The translations under genes were made by a program, and so were the position numbers. The notes below the pieces were generated by a model. It saw nothing but the letters and a program-made list of their open reading frames with translations, was not told the origin of the DNA and did no database searches. DNA of 64,000 nucleotides. Origin: Deltaproteobacteria bacterium. GTDB taxonomy: Bacteria > Desulfobacterota_D > UBA1144 > Nemesobacterales > CSP1-2. The first letter of the stretch is position 1. Each line of letters starts with the position of its first letter. The stretch spans positions 195,579 through 259,578 of the forward strand of contig JBQTHB010000006.1 of assembly GCA_052390235.1 (NCBI GenBank). The letters are read 5' to 3'. Positions 50,546-60,123 of this stretch are shown piece by piece.

Positions 50546-51748
50546 CTAAGAGAGTAGCTTTATTTCGGCTATCCTATCGAGAATCCTCTCGGCTAGTTCG
50601 CTCTTAGCCAGGAGGGGATATTCCTCGACTTTCCCCGTTTTATCGAGAAAATAAGCGACGTTCGTATCCTCGCCGAAGCCCGAGCCGGGCGCTAATATGT
50701 CGTTTGCCACGATGAGGTCGAGGTTTTTCTTTCGGAGTTTCCCCATGGCGTTTTCCACAATGTTTTCAGCCTCGGCGGCAAATCCGACGAGAATTTTCCC
50801 GTTTTTGACCCTGCCGAGTTCCTGTAGAATATCCACCGTGCGGACAAGGTGAAGGGTAAATTCGTTTGGCCCCTTTTTAATTTTTCCCACTACCGCGTTA
50901 ATCGGAGAGTAATCCCCGACTGCGGCAGCTTTTATCACTACGCTTGACCAATCGAGGGAGTCCATAACGGCCCTGTGCATTTCAGCGACGCTTAGAACGG
51001 GAATTAATTCAACCCCATTAGGGGCAGGCACGTCGGCTTTGCCTGAGATGAGCTTTACCTCTGCCCCTCTCATCCAAGCCGCTTTTGCGATGGCGTAACC
51101 CATTTTGCCGCTCGATGGGTTGGATATAAACCTCACCGAGTCAATAAATTCCCTCGTGGCGCCTGCGGTAACGATAATTCTCTCTCCCTTGAGGTCTTGA
51201 GGGGAGAAAATTTTATTTATCTCATCGGCAATCTCGCCGACATCCGGCAGTCTCCCCCGCCCCTCCCATCCGCAGGCAAGAGAGCCTTCGGCGGGTTCAA
51301 CTACGGTAAATCCGCGCCTCCTGAGCGCTGCGATATTATCCTGCACGGCGGGGTTGGTATACATATTCACATTCATTGCCGGGAATATCATTACCGGAGC
51401 CTTAGTTGCCAGAATCACGGTAAGCAGGAGGTTGTCGGCGAGTCCCGAAGCCGCTTTGCCTATGAAACCCGCAGTCGCCGGAGCCACCACAACGAGGTCG
51501 GCGCAGTCAGCGAGCTTTATATGGCCTATCTCGGATTCCCATTCGGTATCAAAGGTACTCACCGCTACGCGCCGCCCGGAGAGGGTTTGAAACGTGAGAG
51601 GCGTAACGAATTCCATGGCGTTTTTCGTCATAATCACCTGAACCGAGGCTTTAGCCTTAACGAGCATCCTTACAAGCTCGCACGCCTTGTAGGCGGCAAT
51701 GCCTCCGGTAACGCCGAGAATTATATTTTTCCCTTCGATTTTTGTCAT
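50546..51748 (-). CDS. coaBC: Bifunctional phosphopantothenoylcysteine decarboxylase / phosphopantothenate-cysteine ligase
   Basis: The start is chosen at MTKIEGKNIILGVTGGIAAYK, with an AGGAGA ribosome-binding site 8 nt upstream. The ORF extends to 51802. It has an N-terminal flavoprotein domain and a C-terminal CoaB domain. Confidence 0.92.
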   Translation of the reverse strand: MTKIEGKNIILGVTGGIAAYKACELVRMLVKAKASVQVIMTKNAMEFVTPLTFQTLSGRRVAVSTFDTEWESEIGHIKLADCADLVVVAPATAGFIGKAASGLADNLLLTVILATKAPVMIFPAMNVNMYTNPAVQDNIAALRRRGFTVVEPAEGSLACGWEGRGRLPDVGEIADEINKIFSPQDLKGERIIVTAGATREFIDSVRFISNPSSGKMGYAIAKAAWMRGAEVKLISGKADVPAPNGVELIPVLSVAEMHRAVMDSLDWSSVVIKAAAVGDYSPINAVVGKIKKGPNEFTLHLVRTVDILQELGRVKNGKILVGFAAEAENIVENAMGKLRKKNLDLIVANDILAPGSGFGEDTNVAYFLDKTGKVEEYPLLAKSELAERILDRIAEIKLLS

Positions 51749-51889
51749 CTGCCCGGTCTCCTTTCGAGGAGTAATTATAGAAGATGACAGATGGAGTGGC
51801 AAACCAAGCGGGCGAGAGGATAAAGCGGCGGGTAATTCGGGGTTTTTTCAGATATTCGGAACAGGAGTCTAAACAGCCTACGCGGCGGC

Positions 51890-52297
51890 TTAAGCCTCCC
51901 AAGCGATTTTGAATTTTCTTCCGTTTGACTCGATTTCTCTTGCTTTTTTATAGGAGAATATATTTTCCCAGAAATAATTTTCGGCGTCTCTGACCCCTCT
52001 GGATTTCAGCTCGCGCATGATTTCCCTGTATTTCTCGTCCGGCGGAAGGTCAGGGAGCAAATCAAAGAGAGTCGCCACGCAGGGACGCTTCGAGGGTTCT
52101 ATCCTCTCCCACCCTACCCATTTTTTGGTTGTCTTGGAGATTAAAATCTTCTCGCCGACAGCGCAAAGAGGCATATCTTTTATCGTCCAAGCAGGGAGGA
52201 ATTCACCGTAGTAGTATTCAAAAGCGCTCTCCAGCACTTCGCTCCACTTGAGCGGCACGTCGTCAGAATTTGATAAATCCCTAGCTATTGAATCCAT
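51890..52297 (-). CDS. Hypothetical protein
   Basis: 135 aa ORF with coding-like composition and no recognisable motifs. Confidence 0.4.
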   Translation of the reverse strand: MDSIARDLSNSDDVPLKWSEVLESAFEYYYGEFLPAWTIKDMPLCAVGEKILISKTTKKWVGWERIEPSKRPCVATLFDLLPDLPPDEKYREIMRELKSRGVRDAENYFWENIFSYKKAREIESNGRKFKIAWEA

Positions 52298-52422
52298 TAC
52301 AATCGCCTCTGTTCACGATTTATTATTGGCTCACAGCTATAAGTCGCAAGATATATGCCATGAGAGATAAAAACTTAATACTCTGATTTCATTGGATTAT
52401 TTGAGAATTTGCGCCCGCTCTA

Positions 52423-53415
52423 TTGCAGTCATGGGGCAAATTTCGTCATCCGGATGCCAATTTAGGTCATCGAACGAGGTTGTGCCGGGCGAGATTGTCG
52501 CATAGTATTTACTCAATGCCTGAGATTGCGCCGGAGAAATTAAAATCCATCTTACATGAGGACGGAACTCTCAGAGACGGGGGTGAGGCGGTTATCGAGG
52601 AAATTATATCAAACCCCCGAACCGACGATGTAACGGTCGCCTATATTGCCCAGAGGACTTATAATTCGAGGCTCATTGAACTCATCTTGGGCGATAAAGC
52701 CAGAGTTCTGCGCTCGCCGGATATTATCGAGGCTCTCGGCAACAACCCCTCGGCAAACCGCTCGGCTCTGGACAAAGCCCTCGCGATGCTCTGCGCATAT
52801 CTGAAGGCAAAAGGGCTGATACCGAACCCTGCGGCGGAAAGTAGCGATGATGCAACGGCGGATGAGGCTCAGGCTGAGGAATCGGATATTGCATCGTTAT
52901 CCGGCGTGGTGAAGGAGTCGTTCCTAGATAATATTCCAACGTCCGCGGACTTTATAGTGGAAAACGGGGGCGGCGATGCGCCCGGCAGTAAGAAACCGAT
53001 TAATTTCCTATATCGGATAAAGCGCATGACCGTGCCAGAGCGGATAAAGCTCGCCATGATGGGCAACGCCGACGCAAGGAAAATCCTCATTCGAGACCAA
53101 AACAGAATCGTAGCCGCCTCGGTGCTGAGAAATCCCCGCCTCCCAGACAGCGAAATTGTCCTCATCGCGCAGATAAAATCCGTTGGCGAAGACGTGCTTA
53201 GGGAAATCGCCGCAGTGCGCAAGTGGACGAAGATATATCTCGTAAAAGTCGCCCTGGTGAATAACCCCAAGACCCCGTCGGACGCGACATTGGGACTGCT
53301 CCGCCACCTGCGGGACAGGGAACTTAATCTGCTCACACGAAACCGAGAGATACCGGGAGTTATCCTCAGCGCCGCGCGAAAAATTGCAAAAGACAGAAAA
53401 GAGCAGAAAAACTAG
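52423..53415 (+). CDS. Hypothetical repeat-containing protein (HEAT/ARM-like N-P-x-x repeats)
   Basis: The maximal ORF begins at a TTG, with an alternative ATG at 52516 (MPEIAPEK). It carries recurrent motifs: SNPRTDDVTV, NNPSANRSAL, RNPRLPDSEI and NNPKTPSDATL. Confidence 0.45.
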   Translation: MQSWGKFRHPDANLGHRTRLCRARLSHSIYSMPEIAPEKLKSILHEDGTLRDGGEAVIEEIISNPRTDDVTVAYIAQRTYNSRLIELILGDKARVLRSPDIIEALGNNPSANRSALDKALAMLCAYLKAKGLIPNPAAESSDDATADEAQAEESDIASLSGVVKESFLDNIPTSADFIVENGGGDAPGSKKPINFLYRIKRMTVPERIKLAMMGNADARKILIRDQNRIVAASVLRNPRLPDSEIVLIAQIKSVGEDVLREIAAVRKWTKIYLVKVALVNNPKTPSDATLGLLRHLRDRELNLLTRNREIPGVILSAARKIAKDRKEQKN

Positions 53416-53435
53416 AGCGAAGTGAATTTAAACCC

Positions 53436-54401
53436 ATGAGCGCTGAAAGCCCGATACAAACATTTGAGGTGTCGCCGGAGCTTGCCGGTAGGCGAACGGA
53501 CGTATTTCTCGCGGAAATCCTAGAGGCAGTAAGCCGCTCTCAAATTCAGCGACTGATTGACGGGGGATTCATTCTCGTGGACGGCAGAGCCACAAAAGCG
53601 TCAAAAAAGCTCATTGCTGGGCAGAGGGTATCGGTAAATCTCCCCGAGCCTGAGCCGATAGAAGCCGAACCAGAGGACATAGAGATAGAAATTCTCCACG
53701 AGGACGCGTGGATTGTCGTCGTGAACAAACCCGCCGGACTCACCGTGCATCCCGGCGCGGGGCAGAAAAGCCGCACGCTCGTTAACGCCCTTCTCTTTAA
53801 ATGCCGAGGGCTCTCAGGGATAGGCGGCAAAATCAGACCCGGCATCGTCCACAGACTCGACAGAGACACCTCAGGCGTAATAGTAGCCGCCAAGAACGAC
53901 GCGGCGCACCGCTCGCTCGTCAACCAATTCAAATCAAGGGACGTGAAAAAGCGGTATTCGGCAATCATCACCGGGAGTCCCAAAGCGGATTCAGGCTCTT
54001 TTTCAGACCGCATCGCAAGGCACCCCGCTAATAGAGTGAAAATGGCGGCGGTCAAGAGCGGCGGAAGAGACGCCTTAACGCTCTGGCGCGTGAAAAGGAG
54101 ATTCGCATCTCGGGCGGCTCTCGTCGAAGCCGAGCCTAAGACAGGACGCACGCATCAGATCCGGGTGCATTTTGCCGAGAACGGACACCCGCTCCTTGGG
54201 GACAGGGTCTATTTGGCAAATGAGAGGCAAGGGGCGCTAAGTAGGATTTCAAAGCGGCTAAACCGCCAAGCCCTCCACGCCGAAGCCATAGGGTTTTTCC
54301 ATCCCGAAGGCGGACAATATGTGGAGTATTCAGCGCCCATGCCCGAAGACATGATGTCGGCAATATCCGAGCTTGAGAGGATGGGAAATGGGCTGGATTA
54401 A
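53436..54401 (+). CDS. rluD: 23S rRNA pseudouridine synthase RluD (RluA family)
   Basis: 321 aa with an S4 domain and the catalytic HRLDRDTSG motif. Confidence 0.9.
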   Translation: MSAESPIQTFEVSPELAGRRTDVFLAEILEAVSRSQIQRLIDGGFILVDGRATKASKKLIAGQRVSVNLPEPEPIEAEPEDIEIEILHEDAWIVVVNKPAGLTVHPGAGQKSRTLVNALLFKCRGLSGIGGKIRPGIVHRLDRDTSGVIVAAKNDAAHRSLVNQFKSRDVKKRYSAIITGSPKADSGSFSDRIARHPANRVKMAAVKSGGRDALTLWRVKRRFASRAALVEAEPKTGRTHQIRVHFAENGHPLLGDRVYLANERQGALSRISKRLNRQALHAEAIGFFHPEGGQYVEYSAPMPEDMMSAISELERMGNGLD

Positions 54402-55068
54402 ATCCGACATTTTATTGCGAGTATCAGGAATCGCTCACGGCTTTTCGGACGGCAACCTCGGCGGCGCTTCGGCTGATGCCGCGCGCTCCTTGGGGCTTGA
54501 GAGAATCGTAACCGTGAGGCAGATTCACGGCGATTCGGTCTATTGGGCAGACGGCGCGCGGTATGATGAAAGTTCAATGCCTGAGGCAGACGCGATAGTT
54601 TCAGGCGCGAAGGGGGTCGGCGCGGGGATTTTCACGGCCGACTGCGTGCCGGTTCTCATTGCCGGAGAGCGGGGAGTGGTAGCGGCGGTTCACGCGGGCT
54701 GGAGGGGAATTTATCGGGAGGTTGTTGAGGCCACGCTCCTTCAAATTACAGAGAGAAGGCACATCGGAGCCGGAGAGCTTGCCGCCGCCGTGGGCCCCTG
54801 CATCGGGAGTTGCTGTTACGAGGTGGGCGAGGAGGTAGCGTCGCAGTTCACGGAGAAATTCGAGGACGCCGGGGCATACATCCGCGCTACAGGGGCAGGG
54901 AAATACAGACTTGATTTGAGAGAGGCTACACGCGCCGCTCTTGAGAAAGCCGGAGTGCGAAGGGTGGATGTAATTGATATTTGCACGAAATGCAGGGCGG
55001 ATTTTCACTCCTACAGGAGAGACGGCAGGGATTCTGGAAGGCAGATTAGCGTTATCGGCATCCTCTGA
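54388..55068 (+). CDS. pgeF: Peptidoglycan editing factor PgeF / YfiH (laccase-domain protein, DUF152)
   Basis: It overlaps the rluD stop. Its motifs include QIHGD, TADCVPV, HAGWRG and CTKC...FHSYRRDG. The ORF could start at 54373. Confidence 0.85.
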   Translation: MGWIKSDILLRVSGIAHGFSDGNLGGASADAARSLGLERIVTVRQIHGDSVYWADGARYDESSMPEADAIVSGAKGVGAGIFTADCVPVLIAGERGVVAAVHAGWRGIYREVVEATLLQITERRHIGAGELAAAVGPCIGSCCYEVGEEVASQFTEKFEDAGAYIRATGAGKYRLDLREATRAALEKAGVRRVDVIDICTKCRADFHSYRRDGRDSGRQISVIGIL

Positions 55069-55221
55069 TGCGAAGAGGCATCCCCGCCAAATTACTGCGC
55101 GCAAATAGACGATCAATGAGTTTTTATGCGAAAAATACTCTGCTTATTGTATCTTTAAAATCGTGTTATTATTACGGGCTGTTTAAGGGAATTTCGGATG
55201 AAAACATTAATTTAATCGGAG

Positions 55222-55671
55222 GTGTCGTCAATGATAAAGATTTTGTGCTACGTAGAACCTGAGGATTATTGGACGCTGGACTCGACTGGGAAATCCAATG
55301 TGCCGGTGAATTATTACGGCTACACGTTTGAAGTTAAAGGGGGCGGCGGAGAGACCTCAGGGGGATTCAGCTCAGCTAGGGTGTCCGTTATAGAGTTTTC
55401 AAATCTCCGAATGGCGATGGGACTTGCTCTGCCGGAAGGTATAAAACTCGACGGAGAGTTCGAGCTTAGATTTATCTGCCATGAGAGAATGGAAGGCGAT
55501 ATTCCAGTGGTGTGCAAGCTCTCAAAAGAGGTAAAAAGTGCCTCCTACAAAGGGGACGACGAAGAGAAGCTCGAATTCATAGGGTTTACCCTAGAGAGGT
55601 TTTATGAGGGGAAAAATGCGAGATTCTATTTCTACGACCTGAGGAAAGCCAAAATTGCCGACCCCAAATAG
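55222..55671 (+). CDS. Hypothetical cytoplasmic protein (orphan)
   Basis: 149 aa ORF preceded by a markedly AT-rich 150-bp leader. It contains a Gly-rich segment, GGGGETSGG. Confidence 0.45.
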   Translation: MSSMIKILCYVEPEDYWTLDSTGKSNVPVNYYGYTFEVKGGGGETSGGFSSARVSVIEFSNLRMAMGLALPEGIKLDGEFELRFICHERMEGDIPVVCKLSKEVKSASYKGDDEEKLEFIGFTLERFYEGKNARFYFYDLRKAKIADPK

Positions 55672-55773
55672 CACCCTCATGATTGACGGATGAGCCCCGA
55701 CATGGGGCGGGGGTGAGATGGGCGCAGAGGGGGTTTTGTTTTCAGAAATTTATGAGGAGGCTTAGAAAAAGTA

Positions 55774-56976
55774 ATGGCGCAAATCAAGAAAATTGTGCTT
55801 GCGTACTCCGGCGGCTTGGATACGTCCATCATTCTGCGCTGGCTCATCGAGGAATACGGGGCGGAAGTCGTGGCGTTCGTCGCCGACCTTGGGCAGGGCG
55901 AGGATTTGGACGAGGTACGCCAGAAGGCTCTGAAAACAGGCGCGAGCAAGGTCTATATCGAGGATTTGAGGGAGGAGTTCGTAAGGGATTTCGTATTCAC
56001 GGCTCTTCGGGCGAACGCCGTCTATGAGGGGACGTATCTGCTGGGAACGTCTCTGGGCAGACCGCTTATCGCAAAGAAGCAGATAGAGGTTGCCGCCATG
56101 GAATCCGCCGACGCCGTAGCGCATGGAGCTACGGGAAAGGGGAACGACCAGGTGCGCTTCGAGCTGACTTATTACGCCCTTAATCCCGGAATTCGGGTCA
56201 TCGCCCCTTGGCGGGAGTGGAATCTGAAATCGAGGACGGATTTAATCGAGTACGCCAAGCGGCACGGCATTTCGATTCCTGTAACCCCGAAAAAACCCTA
56301 CAGCTGCGATAGAAACATCTTCCACACGAGCTACGAGGGCGGAATCCTCGAAGACCCTTGGGCTGAGCCGCCTGAGGCGATGTTCGAGAGGACGGTCAAC
56401 CCCGAAAATGCCCCCGACGAGCCGACTTATGTGGATATTGAGTTTTATCAGGGCGTTCCCGTAAGCGTTGACGGCGAGGAGTTGCCGCCCGTCGCCCTGC
56501 TTGCCAAGATAAACGACATCGGCGGCAAAAACGGCGTCGGCAGAGTGGATATGGTAGAGAACCGCTTTGTCGGCATAAAATCCCGCGGAGTCTATGAAAC
56601 CCCCGGCGGAACGATACTTCACGCCGCCCACAGAGGGGTTGAATCCATCACCATGGACAGGGAATCCATGCACCTCAGAGACGACCTAATGCCGAGATTC
56701 GCCGAGCTTATCTATTATGGATTTTGGCACTCGCCGGAGATGAAAATGCTCAGAGCCGCAATAGAAGAATCGCAGAAGACGATAACCGGCGCGGCAAGGG
56801 TTAAAATTTACAAGGGCAACGTTTGGGTAGCCGGAAGGCGCTCGCCCTATTCGCTCTATCAGAAGGACTTGGCGACGTTTGAAGAGGATAGAGTCTATAA
56901 TCAAGCCGACGCCACGGGGTTCATCAAACTCAACGCCCTTAGACTCTCCGTAAACAAGCTCTCGGAAAACAAATAA
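55774..56976 (+). CDS. argG: Argininosuccinate synthase
   Basis: 400 aa with the ATP-PPase motif AYSGGLDTS and the pattern [13 protein letters not shown]. Confidence 0.95.
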   Translation: MAQIKKIVLAYSGGLDTSIILRWLIEEYGAEVVAFVADLGQGEDLDEVRQKALKTGASKVYIEDLREEFVRDFVFTALRANAVYEGTYLLGTSLGRPLIAKKQIEVAAMESADAVAHGATGKGNDQVRFELTYYALNPGIRVIAPWREWNLKSRTDLIEYAKRHGISIPVTPKKPYSCDRNIFHTSYEGGILEDPWAEPPEAMFERTVNPENAPDEPTYVDIEFYQGVPVSVDGEELPPVALLAKINDIGGKNGVGRVDMVENRFVGIKSRGVYETPGGTILHAAHRGVESITMDRESMHLRDDLMPRFAELIYYGFWHSPEMKMLRAAIEESQKTITGAARVKIYKGNVWVAGRRSPYSLYQKDLATFEEDRVYNQADATGFIKLNALRLSVNKLSENK

Positions 56977-57027
56977 ACGGGCGGGGCGGATTGCCCACCG
57001 GGCGGGAGTCCGTCCATCGTTGCCGAA

Positions 57028-58035
57028 ATGAAAACCTCGGATTTCGACTACCCGCTTCCCGAAAATCTCATCGCCTCATACCCGCTTCCAGGCAGAGACG
57101 CATCTAGGCTGCTGCGCTTGGACAGGTACAGCGGCAACATCGCCCATCTCGGATTCCGAGACCTTCCCGCGCTTCTCGTCGAAGGCGACCTCCTCGTGCT
57201 GAATGATACGAAAGTGATACCGGCGAGGCTCATGGGCAAATCCAGAGGATACGGCAGATTCGAGGTTTTACTACTAGAGAAGCTCTCGCCGACGCTCTGG
57301 AAGAGCATGATGCGAAACCCTAAGCACGGGGCGGCGGTGGAATTTCAATCTGGAATGAGGGGGAGAATTATCAAAAACGGGAGAGAGGGCTGGCTCTTTG
57401 AATTCGAGCGCGCGGCTGAGGAATACATCGAGCAGTTCGGGAGTATGCCTCTTCCGCCCTACATCAGGCGGGACGCTGAGGAGGCTGATAGGCAGAATTA
57501 TCAGACCGTTTATGCGAGGCAGGACGGCTCAGCCGCCGCGCCGACAGCGGGGCTGCATTTTACCGAAAACCTGCTTGGGCGGATTAGACAAAAGGGCGTG
57601 GATTTGTGCTTCGTTACGCTCCACGTCGGGGCGGGAACTTTTCAGCCCGTAAAAAGCGAAGAGATAGAGAAACATAAAATGCACTCGGAGTGGAGAGAAA
57701 TCGGCGCTGACGCGGCGGCGGCGATAAACAGCGCGAAACGCGATGGAAGAAGGGTCATAGCCGTAGGCACGACAGCCGTGAGAACTATTGAGTCGGCGGC
57801 GGCGGGCGAGGGGGAGATTCAGCCTGCTTTGGGCTATACGGATATTTTTATCACTCCCGGATTTAATTTCCGCATCGTGGACGGGATGATAACGAATTTT
57901 CACACTCCGCGTTCGACGCTTCTGATGCTGGTTTCGGCTTTTGCAGGTCGCGAGAGGATACTGCGCGCCTACGATGCCGCAGTCGGAGAGGGATACAGAT
58001 TCCTAAGCTACGGCGACGCCATGATAATCCTCTAA
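57028..58035 (+). CDS. queA: S-adenosylmethionine:tRNA ribosyltransferase-isomerase
   Basis: 335 aa starting MKTSDFDYPLPENLIA, with an AGLHFT motif and a GTTAVR motif. Confidence 0.92.
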   Translation: MKTSDFDYPLPENLIASYPLPGRDASRLLRLDRYSGNIAHLGFRDLPALLVEGDLLVLNDTKVIPARLMGKSRGYGRFEVLLLEKLSPTLWKSMMRNPKHGAAVEFQSGMRGRIIKNGREGWLFEFERAAEEYIEQFGSMPLPPYIRRDAEEADRQNYQTVYARQDGSAAAPTAGLHFTENLLGRIRQKGVDLCFVTLHVGAGTFQPVKSEEIEKHKMHSEWREIGADAAAAINSAKRDGRRVIAVGTTAVRTIESAAAGEGEIQPALGYTDIFITPGFNFRIVDGMITNFHTPRSTLLMLVSAFAGRERILRAYDAAVGEGYRFLSYGDAMIIL

Positions 58036-58040
58036 AGGGT

Positions 58041-58271
58041 TTACTTCGAGAATAAGAGCTGTTTTATCCCCTTGAATAGGGAAAATGATTCGTTATGACG
58101 GCTTGCAGAGTCCGACTCTTGAACCCTAATTGACGATAAATAAAGCCCCATCTGCTGAATTTTCCTCTTGGCATCAACCTCGGTCCACGCCTTAACAGTG
58201 GCGTTTTTTTTTCTTCCCGATGCGTTCAGGGCCTCAAATTCATAGGTTTTCATTATCTCTCGCGCCTCCAA
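58041..58271 (-). CDS. Small hypothetical protein (possible terminal gene of the lipoprotein cluster, or spurious)
   Basis: 76 aa ORF with weak support. It lies downstream of a candidate terminator hairpin at 58494-58519. Confidence 0.2.
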   Translation of the reverse strand: MEAREIMKTYEFEALNASGRKKNATVKAWTEVDAKRKIQQMGLYLSSIRVQESDSASRHNESFSLFKGIKQLLFSK

Positions 58272-58559
58272 AATAACCGGTTGATTGATGATTCAGTTAT
58301 TGAATCGCAAGATGTGTGCCACGAGGCGAGATTTTATATTTCAGCTATAACTCATCTAAACCACTACAGAAATTGGCAAAGCAGAGTAAAGGTGAATTAT
58401 CTGGGCAGACGGTTTAGCGCAAGATTGCCATAGAAAATTGCCAAATTTTGGGATAACTTGAAATTTATCGCCGAGATGAATTCAAAACCACAAGGCGGCT
58501 TTTCAGCAATCGCGCCGCCGAAGAAGATGCCAACCCAAATAAATCACAGACGGCGTAAA

Positions 58560-60074
58560 TTACCGACTACACTCAAACGCCTCAAAACAGTCCGGGTCGT
58601 TGCAATCTATAAGTCCGTCGCCGTCGTTATCGAAATTGTCGGAGCAGGTTGACTCCGTGGGTTCGCATCCCGTGGAAAGGGCGCAGTCCGGGTCGGCGCA
58701 GTCGAGAAAACCGTCGCCGTCGTTATCAATGCCGTCAGCGCAGCCGGGTATTTCCACCGCGGGCGTCGGCGTAGGTGTTGGAGTAGGAGTAGGCGTAGGT
58801 GTTGGAGTAGGCGTTGGTGTGGGCGTTGGTGTCGGAGTTAGACAAATCCCGCCGGTGCATATCCCCGCTATTCCATGAAGTACACACATCTGTCCATCAC
58901 AGTCGGAATCAGCGCAGTCGGTAAATTCATCCGAGTCGTTATCAGCCGAATCACTACACTCCAGCCCCGTCTCAGTGCAAGCGGAAGAGCCAGCGCAATC
59001 GGAATCCGCGCAGTCGAGAAGCCCATCGCCGTCGTTATCAGCGCCGTCGCTGCAGGTTGCCTCTGGAATCTCGCAGACAGCGCCGCAGGGCCCCGTTTGC
59101 CCCTCGCAATCCGAATCCGCGCAGTCTATGAAATTATCGCCGTCGTTATCGGCGCCGTCGTTGCACGTTGCCTCTGGAATCTCGCACACCTGCCCGGCGT
59201 CTCCCATTTGCCCCTCGCAGCTAGAATCGGCGCAGTCCGCGAGATTATCGCCGTCATTGTCCATAGAATCGCTACAATCCGAGCCAGACTCGACGCAGGC
59301 GGGGGAGTTATTGCAGTCCGCATCCTCGCAGTCAGCCGCGCCGTCGCCGTCGTCGTCAACTACATTTGAGCAGTTCTCGCCGGGAATCGGAGTAGGCGCA
59401 GGGGTAGGAGTAGCAGGTACGGGACTAGGGGTAGGCGTGGGAGTTACGACCGGAGGTTCTACTTCACACATCCCGTTTATGCAAATCCCAGAGTCGCCGC
59501 CGAGAACGCAAGCCATGCCATCGCAGTCTGCATCTTGGCAATCAACGGATTCGTCCGAGTCGTTGTCAATCCCGTCCACGCAGACCTGCTCGACCTCACT
59601 TGGCGGTTCAACCAGAACGCATTGAATCGCTATGCTATTGCTAGCTCCGGGACTGACATTTACGTTAGCTCCCCCTCTGCAGACAATATCTCCGTTGGCA
59701 TCAAAGGCTATAACGGTAATAAACGACTGACCCTGCGGGACAAATATTCTACTGCTAATCGGAAAGTCAGAAACTTCTATGATTTCTTCGACCGTTTCCG
59801 AGCCAGATTGGCCTGAGATGAGAATAGACACTATGGAATCAAAATCCTGCCTGGATACGGCATCCTGAGGCGATTCCGAGGCTACGAGAGAGCATGAATT
59901 TCTATTGACCACGCTCAGAGAGACTCTTAAAGAGCCGTCGTCGAATTCCTCATCCCCCGGCGACCCGCCGCATGAAAGGAAAAGAAAAATAGAAGCAACC
60001 AACAACATAGCCCTAGCCGCAAATTTTCGTGTGTAGAACACAGAACCCCTGTAATTGTTTCTATATTGCGCCAA
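58560..60074 (-). CDS. Lipoprotein with 8 tandem Cys-framed EF-hand/Excalibur-like (DNDGDG) calcium-binding modules and Pro/Thr-rich stalks; paralog A
   Basis: 504 aa with a signal peptide and lipobox (FLSCGG), then a conserved ~120-aa N-domain. Eight modules of the form C-x-D-G-x-D-N-D-G-D-x-L-x-D-C-x-D-x-D-C follow. A (TP)13 linker separates modules 6 and 7. Confidence 0.7.
   Translation of the reverse strand: MAQYRNNYRGSVFYTRKFAARAMLLVASIFLFLSCGGSPGDEEFDDGSLRVSLSVVNRNSCSLVASESPQDAVSRQDFDSIVSILISGQSGSETVEEIIEVSDFPISSRIFVPQGQSFITVIAFDANGDIVCRGGANVNVSPGASNSIAIQCVLVEPPSEVEQVCVDGIDNDSDESVDCQDADCDGMACVLGGDSGICINGMCEVEPPVVTPTPTPSPVPATPTPAPTPIPGENCSNVVDDDGDGAADCEDADCNNSPACVESGSDCSDSMDNDGDNLADCADSSCEGQMGDAGQVCEIPEATCNDGADNDGDNFIDCADSDCEGQTGPCGAVCEIPEATCSDGADNDGDGLLDCADSDCAGSSACTETGLECSDSADNDSDEFTDCADSDCDGQMCVLHGIAGICTGGICLTPTPTPTPTPTPTPTPTPTPTPTPTPAVEIPGCADGIDNDGDGFLDCADPDCALSTGCEPTESTCSDNFDNDGDGLIDCNDPDCFEAFECSR
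58761..58838 (-). repeat. Hexanucleotide tandem repeat (13 x NGG-NGT on the plus strand) encoding (Thr-Pro)13
   Basis: The repeat is an in-frame microsatellite inside paralog A. Wobble positions vary between units. Confidence 0.8.
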
Positions 60075-60123
60075 TATAAAGCCCCCTAACTAACAAGCCC
60101 TCAGCCGATATTGCAGGTCAGCA

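Noticed and set aside
58494-58519. A hairpin GGCGGC-N14-GCCGCC downstream of the repeat-lipoprotein operon
   Set aside because: The stem is only 6 bp and the trailing tract (TTGTGGTTTTGAATT, minus strand) is only moderately U-rich. It is mentioned as a possible operon terminator but is not confident enough to list as a feature.
58975-59625. A 216-aa ORF on the plus strand, plus other ORFs (58875-59369, 58600-58878), lying opposite the repeat lipoprotein A gene
   Set aside because: They are mirror-image artefacts of the repetitive, GC-rich Cys/Asp-module and TP-repeat coding sequence on the minus strand. They have low-complexity S/P/A-rich translations and no start context.
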